From an uncultured Acidobacteriota bacterium (GTDB lineage Bacteria; Acidobacteriota; Polarisedimenticolia; Polarisedimenticolales; DASRJG01), in the NCBI GenBank assembly GCA_964511835.1, contig CAZEII010000019.1, positions 1,288 to 65,287 on the forward strand: DNA of 64,000 nucleotides, read 5' to 3'. Both the position numbers and the translations under genes were made by a program. Under the pieces are notes generated by a model. It ran no database searches and had not been told where the DNA came from. It saw only the letters and a program-made list of their open reading frames with translations. Below are positions 9,258 to 19,206 of this stretch, piece after piece (position 1 is the first letter of the stretch; each line of letters begins with the position of its first letter).

Positions 9258-9482
9258 TCAGACCTCGGGGGGCGTGCTGCGCTTGCCGGTCGGGCGCGGC
9301 GGCTTCGGGGCCGGGCCACCGGTCGCGATCGCGGCGAGCGCCTGAATGTCCTTCCAGGGAAGATGTAGCATCGTCGCGTGATAGTCGATCACCTCGACGG
9401 TGAGGATCTGCTCGTTCCAGTGGAGGATGAACCCCTCCTTGAGGTACTCGATCTGGCCTGCGCGCCGCGGCTTGGTGCTCAT
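9258..9482 (-). CDS. Small hypothetical protein
   Basis: Track ORF 9258..9509. The internal ATG at 9482 is preceded by GAAGGGGGG. It is packed tightly between two co-directional genes. Confidence 0.4.
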   Translation of the reverse strand: MSTKPRRAGQIEYLKEGFILHWNEQILTVEVIDYHATMLHLPWKDIQALAAIATGGPAPKPPRPTGKRSTPPEV

Positions 9483-9525
9483 AAACCCCCCTTCATATGA
9501 TGCCATCACGCCACGGCCGCGGCGC

Positions 9526-11586
9526 TCACTTGGCGAGCTCGTCCACGAGCGCCCTGAGATCGGCCAGATCGGGGTCGCCGGGTGGGGAAAGCTCGAGAGC
9601 GCGCGCGAACGCGGCCCTCGCTCCTGTCCGGTCGCTCAGCTGGTAGAGCCGGATGGCCCCGAGCGTCTTGGCGAACGCCGCCGTCGGGTGGGCCGAGAGC
9701 GCCCGATCGTAGTAGCCGGCCGCTTTGACGTATTCCCCCGACGCGTACGCGAGCTTGCCCATCCCTTCGAGGGCTTCGAGCTGCCGGGGATTGAGCGCGA
9801 GCGCCCGCTCGAAAGCGGCGCGCGCGGCGGTCGTGTCTTTTCGCACGGTCTCGAGCAGGGCCAGCTCGGTCTCGAGCGTCGGGTCGGCGACCCCCGCCGA
9901 TCGCGCGCGCAGAAGAGTCTTCCTCGCTCCATCGGGATCGCGGCGTCCCGCCTGAAGCGCGGCGAAGTTCAAGTAGGTGTCGGCGTGCCGCGGCGAGAGC
10001 GTCAGCGCCCGCTCGTAGCAGCGCTTGGCTTCGTCGAAGGCGGACTCGTCGCTCGCGGCCTTCCCGGCCAACGCGTTGCCGAGGTCGAACCAGGCGAGCG
10101 GGTTGTTCGGCGCCAGCGTCGTGACCTCGCGGTAGGTGGCGACGGCGTCGTCCGCGCGTCCGGAGCCGAGCTGAGCCTGGCCCAAGAGCAGGCGCGCCGG
10201 AATGTTCCCGGGGTTCTTCGCGAGCAGCCGCGCGAGCGGCTCGAGCGCATCCTTCGGGTCGCCGGTCTGGACCGCTCTCCGCGCCGCGTCCAGATCGGGG
10301 AGGAGCTTCACGCCGTCCTTCGGATCGAGCCCGCCCTCCTCCGGCGCACGGCTCCCGGAGACGTAGCCCAAGGACGCGAGCTTCTCGCGGCGCTCCGAGC
10401 TCTCGTCGTCCGAGACGGACGTGACCACGATGTCCGTCTTCGCCCGCTCCGACAGGACCGAGGCCATCTCCGCCGCATGCGAGGCCTTCGCCCGAGCCAG
10501 GTCGTGCATCTCGCGCGGGTCGGTCGGCAGCTCGTAGAGCTCGGGCCGGGGCGCCGCGATGTACTTGTAGGGGCCGACGAGGAGCGCGCGAAGCGGTGCC
10601 CAACCGTAAGAGAACGACGGATAAAAGGTCTCCATCTCGTACCCCATGCCCGGCGTGCGCATCCCGCGAATCAGCGGCAGGAGCGAGCGGCCGTCCGCGC
10701 CGGGCAGCGGATCGAGGTGGAGGAGATCGAGGAGCGTCGGCGCGAGATCGATCAGCCCCGTGGCCGCCCCGACGGTCGTTCCGGAGGGCAGGCCGGGGCC
10801 GGACAGGAGCATCGGAATCCGCTGCGTCGCCTGATAGAGGAAGACCCCGTGGCCGTCCTCACCGTGCTCTCCCAGGCTCTCGCCGTGATCCCCGGTGATC
10901 GCGAGATAGTAGGTCCCGCCCTTGCGCCGCAAGGCGTCGAGCAGCCGCCCGAGCTGGGAATCCATGAAGGCGATCTCCCCGTCGTACGGCCGCGCCTTGA
11001 ACCGCGTCGCGTACGGCTCGGGAGGCACGTACGGCAGATGCGGGTCGTAAAAGTGAACCCACAAGAAGTACGGGGGCTGGAGGTCGGCGAGGCGGGGGAG
11101 CAGCGCATCGACCGTCTGGCTCGCCGCGCGCTCCTGATAGTCGAACTCGCGGCGCTCGCCGACGCGCACGGCGTCGTCATAAGTTGCGAAGCCTCGCGCG
11201 AGGCCTCCATCGCGGTCGAGCACCGCCGCGGACACGTACGCGGCTGTCGTGTAGCCGGCGGAGCGCAGCCGCTCGGTCAACAGGGGAACATTCGCGTCGA
11301 GCCGAAACCCGGCGTTGTCGCGCACTCCGTGGCGGCGCGGCACGCGGGCCGAGAGCAGGCTCGTGTGCGCCGGCAACGTCAGCGGGACGGGGGAGAGGGC
11401 TTGCTCGAAGCGAACCCCGTCGCGCGCCACGCCGTCGAGAACGGGCGTCGCCACACCCTTCGCGCCGTAGCAGCCGACGTGGTCCGCCCGCGTGGTGTCG
11501 AGCGTGACGATGACCACGCTCGCACGGGCGGGACCGGGCTTGGACGCGGCGCCCAGCGCCAGTGTGAGCCAAAGCGGAGCGAGCAT
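9526..11586 (-). CDS. Sulfatase-like hydrolase/transferase fused to C-terminal TPR repeats
   Basis: 686-aa ORF with a signal peptide and an alkaline-phosphatase/sulfatase core (VVIVTLDTTRADHVGCYG, ...ITGDHGESLGEHGEDGHG). The C-terminal half is made of TPR units. Confidence 0.8.
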   Translation of the reverse strand: MLAPLWLTLALGAASKPGPARASVVIVTLDTTRADHVGCYGAKGVATPVLDGVARDGVRFEQALSPVPLTLPAHTSLLSARVPRRHGVRDNAGFRLDANVPLLTERLRSAGYTTAAYVSAAVLDRDGGLARGFATYDDAVRVGERREFDYQERAASQTVDALLPRLADLQPPYFLWVHFYDPHLPYVPPEPYATRFKARPYDGEIAFMDSQLGRLLDALRRKGGTYYLAITGDHGESLGEHGEDGHGVFLYQATQRIPMLLSGPGLPSGTTVGAATGLIDLAPTLLDLLHLDPLPGADGRSLLPLIRGMRTPGMGYEMETFYPSFSYGWAPLRALLVGPYKYIAAPRPELYELPTDPREMHDLARAKASHAAEMASVLSERAKTDIVVTSVSDDESSERREKLASLGYVSGSRAPEEGGLDPKDGVKLLPDLDAARRAVQTGDPKDALEPLARLLAKNPGNIPARLLLGQAQLGSGRADDAVATYREVTTLAPNNPLAWFDLGNALAGKAASDESAFDEAKRCYERALTLSPRHADTYLNFAALQAGRRDPDGARKTLLRARSAGVADPTLETELALLETVRKDTTAARAAFERALALNPRQLEALEGMGKLAYASGEYVKAAGYYDRALSAHPTAAFAKTLGAIRLYQLSDRTGARAAFARALELSPPGDPDLADLRALVDELAK

Positions 11587-11595
11587 CCGGCAATT

Positions 11596-12432
11596 CTATG
11601 ACGCCGCGAGGACGATCGCCGCGAGGGGCGACCGAAACGGCTCGCCGCCGTGCGGGAGGAGCTCGGCCTCGACGGCCCGCAGGACGAGGCCGAGGTCGGC
11701 ACCGCGCTCCGTCAGGCCGTTGAAAAGGGGCGTTCCCCTGATGAATCCTTCGGCCACGACGCGAGCGGAACTCGCGCGCCCCTCGAACGCGACGCGGGTG
11801 ACCACCGCCGCGCTGAACCCCGCTTCGGCCGCGCATAACTTCAGAGCCGCCGCGTCCACGGATCCGTAGGCGACGTGCAGGAAGCGCGGAGGGTCGTCGT
11901 CGAACATCCGTGAGAGCACGCGGTCCGCGATCGCTGCGACGGGATTCTCGCGAAGCGCGCACCACACGCTGGCATGAAACGTCCCGCCCGGGCGCAGCAC
12001 GCGCCGGGCCTCGCGAAATCCCGCCAGCCGGTCGGGTAGGAACATGAGCCCGAACTGCGAAACCACGGTGTCGAAGACGGCGTCCTTGAACGGTAGCGCC
12101 ACGGCGTTCGCGACGCGCCAGTGGATGTCGCGGCCCGAGAGCTTCGTCCGGGCGATCCCGATCATCGCCGCCGAGAGGTCCGTGGCGACGAGCTGCGTCT
12201 CGGCCGGCAACGTGTCCCGCAGGCGCCGCGTCGCGATTCCCGTCCCGCAGGAGAGCTCGAGCACCCTCGATCCGGCCGCCGCGACGACGCGGCGGGCGAG
12301 ATCGTCCGCGTACGGCTCGAACAGGAACGGTCCCAGGCACCGGTCGTAAACGGCGGGAATCGACCCCTCGTATCTCGCGAGACGTCCAGGAGCGCGCGCT
12401 TCGTCCGGATCCTGTGCGGTCATCGCGCTCAT
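11596..12432 (-). CDS. Class I SAM-dependent methyltransferase
   Basis: 278-aa ORF with SAM-binding motif I (VLELSCGTGIATRRL) and a post-I/II pattern (FDTVVSQFGLMF, LRPGGTF). Confidence 0.8.
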   Translation of the reverse strand: MSAMTAQDPDEARAPGRLARYEGSIPAVYDRCLGPFLFEPYADDLARRVVAAAGSRVLELSCGTGIATRRLRDTLPAETQLVATDLSAAMIGIARTKLSGRDIHWRVANAVALPFKDAVFDTVVSQFGLMFLPDRLAGFREARRVLRPGGTFHASVWCALRENPVAAIADRVLSRMFDDDPPRFLHVAYGSVDAAALKLCAAEAGFSAAVVTRVAFEGRASSARVVAEGFIRGTPLFNGLTERGADLGLVLRAVEAELLPHGGEPFRSPLAAIVLAAS

Positions 12433-12491
12433 CTTCCCCGCCGCGGCTCTCGCGTCAAGACGTTTTGACGAATCCGGGGCTTTCGGTCAGA

Positions 12492-13406
12492 GTGCGCGCC
12501 GTGCCGGGCAACGTGATTCGCGACGCGGAGCATCCCCTACGCGCCCGCTTGGCGATCCTGACCGCCGCCGTTCTCTTTTCGACAGGCGGCGCGGCGATCA
12601 AGGCAACGCACCTGACCGGATGGCAGGTGGCTTCGTTCCGGTCGGCCATCGCCGCCGTCGCGGTCTTGGCGATGCTCCCCGCCGCCCGGCGCGGCTTCAG
12701 CCGAGTGTCCGCGAGCGTCGGCGTCGGCTACGCGGCGACGATGATCCTCTTCGTGCTGGCGAACAAGTTGACGACGGCGGCGAGCACGATCTTCCTGCAA
12801 GCCACGGCGCCCATCTATCTGGTGATCATCGGACCCTGGCTCTTGAAGGAGCCGATCGACCGGCGCGAGCTCCTGTTCATGGCCGCTCTCGCGGTTGGAC
12901 TGGGGCTGTTCTTCGTCGGTCGAGATCCGGGAAGCGCCACGGCTCCGGATCCGTTCACGGGAAACGTTCTCGCCGCCTTTTCGGGGCTGTGCTGGGCTTT
13001 CGCGGTGGCTGGGCTCCGCTTCATGGGAAAGCGAGGCGGGCAACGAGGCGGCCCTGCGGCGGCGGTCGTCCTGGGGAATCTCTTCGCGTTCCTATTCTGC
13101 CTTCCCAAAGCGCTTCCCGTCGTCTCGATCCGTCCGACCGACATGGCGATCGTCCTTGGATTGGGCATCCTCCAGATCGGATTGGCCTACGTCCTGCTGA
13201 CCTACGGGTTGGGCCAGATCAGTGCGCTCGAAGCCTCCCTCCTGCTCTTGGCGGAACCGGTCCTCAACCCGCTCTGGGCTTGGCTCGTCCATGGCGAGCG
13301 CCCGTCGGCCTGGTCGCTCGCCGGCGGGGCGATCATCGTCGCCGCGACGCTCGGCATGACCTTGCTCTCGAGCGAGGCTAGAGGAATCGCGGAAGCGTCT
13401 CCATAA
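12492..13406 (+). CDS. DMT superfamily (EamA-type) transporter
   Basis: Track ORF 12414..13406. It has ten hydrophobic helices in two EamA-like halves. The start is probably GTG 12492 or 12501, because the longer version overlaps the divergent methyltransferase start. Confidence 0.75.
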   Translation: MRAVPGNVIRDAEHPLRARLAILTAAVLFSTGGAAIKATHLTGWQVASFRSAIAAVAVLAMLPAARRGFSRVSASVGVGYAATMILFVLANKLTTAASTIFLQATAPIYLVIIGPWLLKEPIDRRELLFMAALAVGLGLFFVGRDPGSATAPDPFTGNVLAAFSGLCWAFAVAGLRFMGKRGGQRGGPAAAVVLGNLFAFLFCLPKALPVVSIRPTDMAIVLGLGILQIGLAYVLLTYGLGQISALEASLLLLAEPVLNPLWAWLVHGERPSAWSLAGGAIIVAATLGMTLLSSEARGIAEASP

Positions 13407-13413
13407 TGGGCAC

Positions 13414-14529
13414 GTGAAGTTCGAGACGATTGCCGTTCACGCGGCGGAGGCCGATCCGGCGACGGGAGCGGTCGCTCCTCCGATTCACCTCGCCACGACG
13501 TTCACGCGCGACACCGACCTCGCGCTCGTCGGGGAGACTCAGTACGCTCGGGAGGGGGGCCCCACGCACTCGCTCCTCGAGAGCGCTCTCGCCAGGCTCG
13601 AGGGGGGCGCGGCGTCGCTCGTCTTCGCCTCGGGCATGTCGGCCGGCGTGTCGATCCTTCAGAGCTTGGAGAGCGGGAACCGGATCATTCTGCCCGACGA
13701 CGCGTACTACGGATTCCGCACGGCGGCCCGCGACTTCCTGGCGAAGTGGGGGATCTCGACGTCGATCGTCGACATGGCGGACCTCGGGAGCCTCGCTCGC
13801 GCGCTCGAGCAGCCGGCGCGCGTCGTCTGCCTCGAGACCCCGTCGAACCCGCTCCTGAAGGTCGTCGATTTGGCCGGAGCGATCGCCCTCGCAAAAAAGG
13901 CGGGCGCGCTGACGCTCGTGGACAACACGTTCGCGACCCCGGCTCTCCAGCGTCCGCTCGATCTCGGGGCCGACATCACTTTGCAATCGTCGACCAAGTA
14001 CCTCGGCGGCCACAGCGACGTCATGGGCGGCGTGCTGACTTTCGCGCGCCGGGACGCTTTGTTCGAGCGGATCGAGCACGCGCGCCACATTCTGGGCGCC
14101 GTCGCGAGCCCCTTCAGCTCTTGGCTCGTGCTGCGCGGTGTTCGGACACTGGCGCTGCGGATGGAGCGGCACAGCGCCAACGCTCTCGCCGTCGCCCGTG
14201 CGTTGTGTCAACACCCGAAAGTCGCCGCGGTCCATTACCCCGGACTTCCGAGCCATCCCGGGCATGCCGTAGCCGCCCGTCAGATGAGCGCGTTCGGCGG
14301 GATGATGTCGTTCCGCACGCGCGGCGGGAGGGAAGCGGCGATTTCCGCGGTCTCCCGAGCCCGGCTCTTCGTCCGCGCGACATCCCTGGGCTGCGTCGAA
14401 AGTCTGATCGAGCACCGCGCCACGAGCGAGGGCGCCGGCTCCACCGCCCCTCCGGAGCTGGTTCGGCTGTCTATTGGCCTGGAACACCCCGAGGACCTCA
14501 TCGCCGACCTGGACCAGGCGCTTCGATAA
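13414..14529 (+). CDS. Cys/Met-metabolism PLP enzyme (cystathionine gamma-synthase/beta-lyase/gamma-lyase family)
   Basis: 371-aa ORF with the PLP-lysine motif SSTKYLGGHSDVMGG and the C-terminal SLGCVESLIEH...RLSIGLE segment typical of the family. Confidence 0.85.
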   Translation: MKFETIAVHAAEADPATGAVAPPIHLATTFTRDTDLALVGETQYAREGGPTHSLLESALARLEGGAASLVFASGMSAGVSILQSLESGNRIILPDDAYYGFRTAARDFLAKWGISTSIVDMADLGSLARALEQPARVVCLETPSNPLLKVVDLAGAIALAKKAGALTLVDNTFATPALQRPLDLGADITLQSSTKYLGGHSDVMGGVLTFARRDALFERIEHARHILGAVASPFSSWLVLRGVRTLALRMERHSANALAVARALCQHPKVAAVHYPGLPSHPGHAVAARQMSAFGGMMSFRTRGGREAAISAVSRARLFVRATSLGCVESLIEHRATSEGAGSTAPPELVRLSIGLEHPEDLIADLDQALR

Positions 14530-14600
14530 GGGGACAGAGCCCCTTTTTTCTTGCAAAGCTCCCCGGATACCGCTTTGCAAGAAAACAGGGGCCTGTCCCC
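14530..14600. repeat. 71-nt nested palindromic element (copy 1 of a modular hairpin family)
   Basis: Sequence: GGGGACAGAGCCCCTTTTTT-CTTGCAAAGC-TCCCCGGATACC-GCTTTGCAAG-AAAACAGGGGCCTGTCCCC. The inner stem is a perfect 10 bp and the outer arms are imperfect. It shares a 24-nt core with 50132..50155 (inverted) and a 13-mer with 25438..25450. Confidence 0.85.
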
Positions 14601-14648
14601 TATCAAATCGGCTGGGCAAGATCACTGTCCGGGACTAAGTTTTCGGGC

Positions 14649-15104
14649 ATGAGCACAAGCGAGAAAGTCCTGGCAAGCGAGTTTCGAATCTTGGTGGTGG
14701 ATGACGAGCTGTCGGTTCTCGAGGTCATGTCCGAGATGCTGCAGAGCGCGGGGTGGCAGGTCGACGCCTTGACCAACGCGGCGGAGGCGATTCGCCGGGT
14801 GAAGCGGACGCGTTATGACGCTCTGGTGCTCGATCTCTACATGCCCGACCTGCCGGGGCTGCTCGTGCACTCCAAGCTGAAGTTCATCGACCGCGAGCTG
14901 TGGAGCCGGACCGTGTTCGTCTCGGGGCACTTTTCGACCGAAGACTTACGCCGCTCCCTGGAGGGGACCCCTCGCTTCGTGCCGAAGCCGTTCAAGTCCG
15001 AGGCGCTCGTCGGCACCGTCGGAATGGCGCTGCCGGCGGTCCCCCGCGCTGTCAGCGGAGGACCCGCTTCAAATCGTCCGGACGGAACGCCCGGCCGTTC
15101 TTGA
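14649..15104 (+). CDS. Stand-alone response-regulator receiver domain protein
   Basis: The start is the internal ATG 14649 of track ORF 13746..15104. Receiver motifs are present: RILVVDDE, ALVLDLYMPD and FVPKPF. Confidence 0.8.
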   Translation: MSTSEKVLASEFRILVVDDELSVLEVMSEMLQSAGWQVDALTNAAEAIRRVKRTRYDALVLDLYMPDLPGLLVHSKLKFIDRELWSRTVFVSGHFSTEDLRRSLEGTPRFVPKPFKSEALVGTVGMALPAVPRAVSGGPASNRPDGTPGRS

Positions 15105-18100
15105 CGACCAAGCTCACCGTCTCCGAGTTCTCGATCCGCTCCAGCGGGTTGCCATCCAGGACGACGAAATCGGCCAGCTTGCCGCTCTCGAGCGATCCCA
15201 GATCCCTGTCGAGCCCGAGCGTCTCGGCAGGATTGCGCGTCGCCACGCGGATCGCCTCCAGCGGCGTCATTCCACCCTGAACGAACGCCCACATCTCCCA
15301 GTGCGGCCCCAACCCCTGCATCTGCCCGTGGGCCCCTAAGTTCACGCGTCCGCCGGCGCGCAGCACGTCCCTGGCGGACGTCGCGACGTCGATGTGATGC
15401 CAGTCCGCCGGGTCGGTTGCCATGATCCCTCGGATGCGCCCAAGCGAGTCGACGATCCCCTGGGGGACGAATTTGGCGAGCCTCTCGTCCTTCCAGAGGT
15501 CGTAGTGCTGGTGGAACCACTTGTCCCCCGAGATCCCGCCGTAGGCCACCAGCAGCGTGGGTGTGTAGGCGGTGCCGCTCGGCGCGAAGAAGGAGACGAC
15601 GTCCTTCCTCAGCGGCGTGATCGGCAGGGCATGCTCGACGGTCGTGTGGCCGTCGAGCACGAAGGTCATGTCCATCTCGAGGTCGCCGCCTCCTTCCGGG
15701 ACAACGAGCATCCCGAGATCGCGCGCGGCGCTGATGATCCACTGCCGCGCCTCGCGCCTCGGCTGCATGTACGACTTGACCGAGAACGCCCCCAGAGCCT
15801 TCATGCGATTCAGGTGGTGCCGGGCGTCGTCGAGCGAGTTGACGATCGCGCGCCCAGGATCGTCGGCACCGTAAAGGATGTACCCGGTCGAGAAGATCCT
15901 CGGGCCCAGCATCAAGCCCGCTTCGACCATCTCCGACTGGCCGAAGACCTCCTGGTTCGACGCCGAGGGGTCGTGGGTCGTCGTCACCCCGTACGCGAGG
16001 TTGGCCAGGTACTTCCAGGGGCGCTGCGGGAAGATGTCGAGGGTCGAGTAGTGCAGATGCGCGTGCTCATCGAACAGGCCGGGAATGATCGTCTTCCCGG
16101 CGAGATCGACGACCTTCGCCCCGGAGGGAACGGTGACGCGGCCGGCGGCTCCGACGGTGACGATCCGATCGTCGGTGACGACGATCGTTCCGTTCTCGAG
16201 AACCTCGTCCCCCTTCATCGTGACGATCCGGGCGCCGGTGTAGGCCACGGTCCCCGACGGTTTGTCGCGGGGGACCGAGAGCGCGATTTCGATCGACTGG
16301 CTCTCGGGGAGCTTCTTTTTCTGCTCCTTGGCCTTGTCCTTCTCCTTGGCCTTGCCGTCCATCTTCTCGTCGTCCTTGGCGGGCGGCGGCCAAGCCTTGT
16401 CGAGTGAGATCCGGTGGTAGGCCGGGCCCCAGACCCACGTGATGGTCTTGCCGCCGTCGGCCCACTGGACCCACTCGCCTCCTTCGTCGGTGAACTGCGC
16501 GAGCGGGAGCGCGGCGCCGCTCAAGTCGATGTCGACCGTCTGGGCTCCGAGCGGCGGCAGCGCGGTGACCCAGGCGTTGTACTGCTCGTTGAATACGACC
16601 CAGCGGCCGTCCGGCGAGACCGCCGCTTCCTCGGCGCGCGTGAACTTCAGGTGCGTACGCTTGTCGGTGCCGTCGGGCCTCACGCTGACGAGGACGGTCT
16701 TGGGCGGATTCGGTCCGGTCGCCTCCGCATCCTCGACGTAGTAGATCCTCGACCCGTCGGCATCGAATTGCGGCCGCGTGATCCTGCGGTTGACCCCGCG
16801 ATTCTTCGTGCCGATGACGACGTGCGCCGGACCTCCTTCCGCGGGGACCCAGCGCAGCTCCTGCCACAGCTCGTCGGAGAGATCCTCGTCACGGAACGTC
16901 GCGCCGCTTCCGGCGACGAAGACGATCTTGCTGCCGTCCGGGGAGAACGCGGGGTTCGCGTACTGGCCCGGAACGACCGTCAACTTCTTGGGCGTTCCGC
17001 CGGGGACCGACATCGACCAGACATGGCCTCCCTCCGGGTCGCTCCACGTCACGTAAGTCAGCATCCGGCCGTCGCGTGAGAACGACGGCGCGTACTCGAG
17101 GTCGGTGGCCGTCGTCACACGCTTCGGCGCGCCGCCGGGAAGCTCCATCGCATAGAGGTGGCCGAGCGCCGAGAAGACGAGGGTCTTCCCGTCGGGGGAT
17201 TCCACCGGCCAGCGGATGATCCGCGCGCGCACGTCGTCGACACCGACCCGCCGCGGCGTATGAAGCGACTCGGCGAGCGTCTGCTCGATCTTGGCTGTGA
17301 AAGGAATCGCCGCCCGCCCGCCCGAGGCGACGTCGATGCGCCAGATCTTCCCTCCAGCGGTCGCGACGATCGCTCGGCCGTCCGGTGTGAAGGCGTACCC
17401 CGGGAACACCCCATGGAAGCAGAACCCCTCCTGATTGTCTCGCTGCAGATCGGAGTCGACTTGCCGGATCTTCCCGCTCGCAAGATCGATGATCTCGAGA
17501 ATCGTCTTGGCTCGTACGCGACGCACGTAAGCGATCGACCCACCGTCCGGCGCCACGACCGGCGTGGCGGCGCCGCCGAACTCTCCTGTGATCGGAACCG
17601 TCTGTCCGTTCCACCGGTCGAGGCGCTTGATCTGCCAGATCCCCTCGTTGACGTTCCGGTCGTAGCGGTAGCGCGCATCCCGCGCCGAGAAATAGAGGAA
17701 GCGGCCGTCCTTCGAGAACGCGGGGTCCGCGGCGTCCGGCTGCTCGTCCTTCTTCGTCAGCTGGATGCCGTTGCCTCCCTTGACGTGCCACATCCACAGC
17801 TCGACGGTGCCGAGCGACGAGCGGTCCGTCAGCCGCTTGCGGCCGACCAAGTATTGGCCGTCGGGTGACCAGGCCGGACCGTTGACCGTCGAGTCCTTCT
17901 CCTTCGAGATGGCCCGAGCATTTTTCCCGTCCGGATCGCAGACCTACAGGTTCTCGATTCCGGAGCGGTCCGAGGCAAACGCGATCGACTTGCCGTCGGG
18001 GGAGAATCGCGGCTGCACGTCGTAGGCGGGGCCGCTCGTGATCCGCTTCGCCTCGCCACCCGCGATCGGCAAAACGTACAGGTCTCCCATCAGCGAGAAA

Positions 18101-18315
18101 ACGATCTCGTTCCCCGAAGGGCTGACGTCGAGGGCGAGCCAGGTCGCCTCTTCGGTCGTGAAGGAGACCGTGTGCGTCGGCCCATGCGCCTCCTCGACTT
18201 TCCACGGCGCGTCGGCATCCGGTTTGTCGGTCTTCTTCTCGGCCTTGCCCGCGGCGGGCGAGAGCGAGGGGGCGAGAATGGCGAGGCAGGCGAAGACGAC
18301 GGATGTGCGGCGCAT
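15052..18315 (-). pseudogene. Secreted TolB/PD40-like beta-propeller plus amidohydrolase protein, interrupted by a single in-frame TAG (17946..17944)
   Basis: Track ORFs 17944..18315 (signal peptide plus first blade) and 15052..17850 are in the same frame. Read-through gives ...SDRSGIENL*VCDPDGKNARAIS.... The C-terminal part has metal-dependent amidohydrolase motifs (FDEHAHLHYS, GHTTVEHA). Confidence 0.8.
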
Positions 18316-18375
18316 GGGCTCCCTCCGATGGAGCCCAAGTTTACGCGGGGGTGCGTTCCGAGTTTCCGGCGATCG

Positions 18376-19044
18376 CTAGGACAGCGCGGCGACGAACGAC
18401 TGGTACACCGGCGGAGGCGCCGAAAGCCGGATCCCCATGCCGGCCGGCCGGTGGAGCTCGGCGCGCTCCCGGTTCCACATGACGAGGCCCCTCATCCGCA
18501 GAGTGTGCCCCTCGAGATCGAGATTGATGAAGAGGGTCCGGCCTTCCGACTCGGGGGCGGGTGCGCCGACGAACATCCCCTCGGCCGACAGGTTGACGGT
18601 CATGCCGCGCGTCACCGCGCGCTCCAGTCCGAAGCGCACCGGCAGGGAGCGCAGCTTCCGCGGCACGGCCGTGAATCCCGGGCGCGAGGCCGGCGCCGTC
18701 CGGCCCGCGCTCCGGACAACTTTCAACGAGCGGACATGCTCCTCGACGAACGAGATCGCCAGCGCCTCCGCTTCTTCTCGCGTCTCCCCGACGAACTTCA
18801 GCGTGCCTCGGCCGCCCGGCGCGGTCCAGAGCACGTTGGGAAACGTAAGGATGCGAGCTCGCCACTGGCCGTACGACGGCGCCAAGAGCACACCGACGGC
18901 CTCACGGCCGGACGGCGTCTCGATGTCGAGGCGACGTCCGGGTCGCTCGGCCCCGGTCGCGCGGAGCTCGCCGGGACACTCCCCTCCGCGGTGGTCCGTT
19001 CCGCACACAGAGCAAAACCGCTGTGAGACGAGACTCATGCCCAT
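18376..19044 (-). CDS. PilZ domain protein with N-terminal Cys/His knuckle (paralog 1)
   Basis: Track ORF 18376..19170. The likely start is ATG 19044, preceded by GGAGG. N-terminal CSVCGTDHRGGEC; C-terminal PRKLRSLPVRFG...NLSAEGMFV (PilZ RxxxR / N-x-S-x-x-G pattern). It aligns clearly with the neighbouring gene. Confidence 0.65.
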   Translation of the reverse strand: MGMSLVSQRFCSVCGTDHRGGECPGELRATGAERPGRRLDIETPSGREAVGVLLAPSYGQWRARILTFPNVLWTAPGGRGTLKFVGETREEAEALAISFVEEHVRSLKVVRSAGRTAPASRPGFTAVPRKLRSLPVRFGLERAVTRGMTVNLSAEGMFVGAPAPESEGRTLFINLDLEGHTLRMRGLVMWNRERAELHRPAGMGIRLSAPPPVYQSFVAALS

Positions 19045-19206
19045 GACCTGCCTCCTGCCCCGACGCCCGGGTCGCCTCCTGGTCACTGCGCGGCCCATCC
19101 GATTACAAGGCAAGCGGGATGCCACCTCGCGGGGCGCGGTGTTCGGCCCGATGACGGTTCGCGGTGTCACGCTCGTGCAGCGCGGATTACCGAAGCGAAA
19201 GCGTCG

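Noticed and set aside
17944-17946. In-frame TAG as programmed recoding (e.g. pyrrolysine or a reassigned stop)
   Set aside because: TAG is used as an ordinary terminator by many well-defined genes in this window (hemH, the SNF2 helicase, the FtsX permease and others), and no pyl-type genes are seen. A nonsense mutation or sequencing error is more parsimonious.
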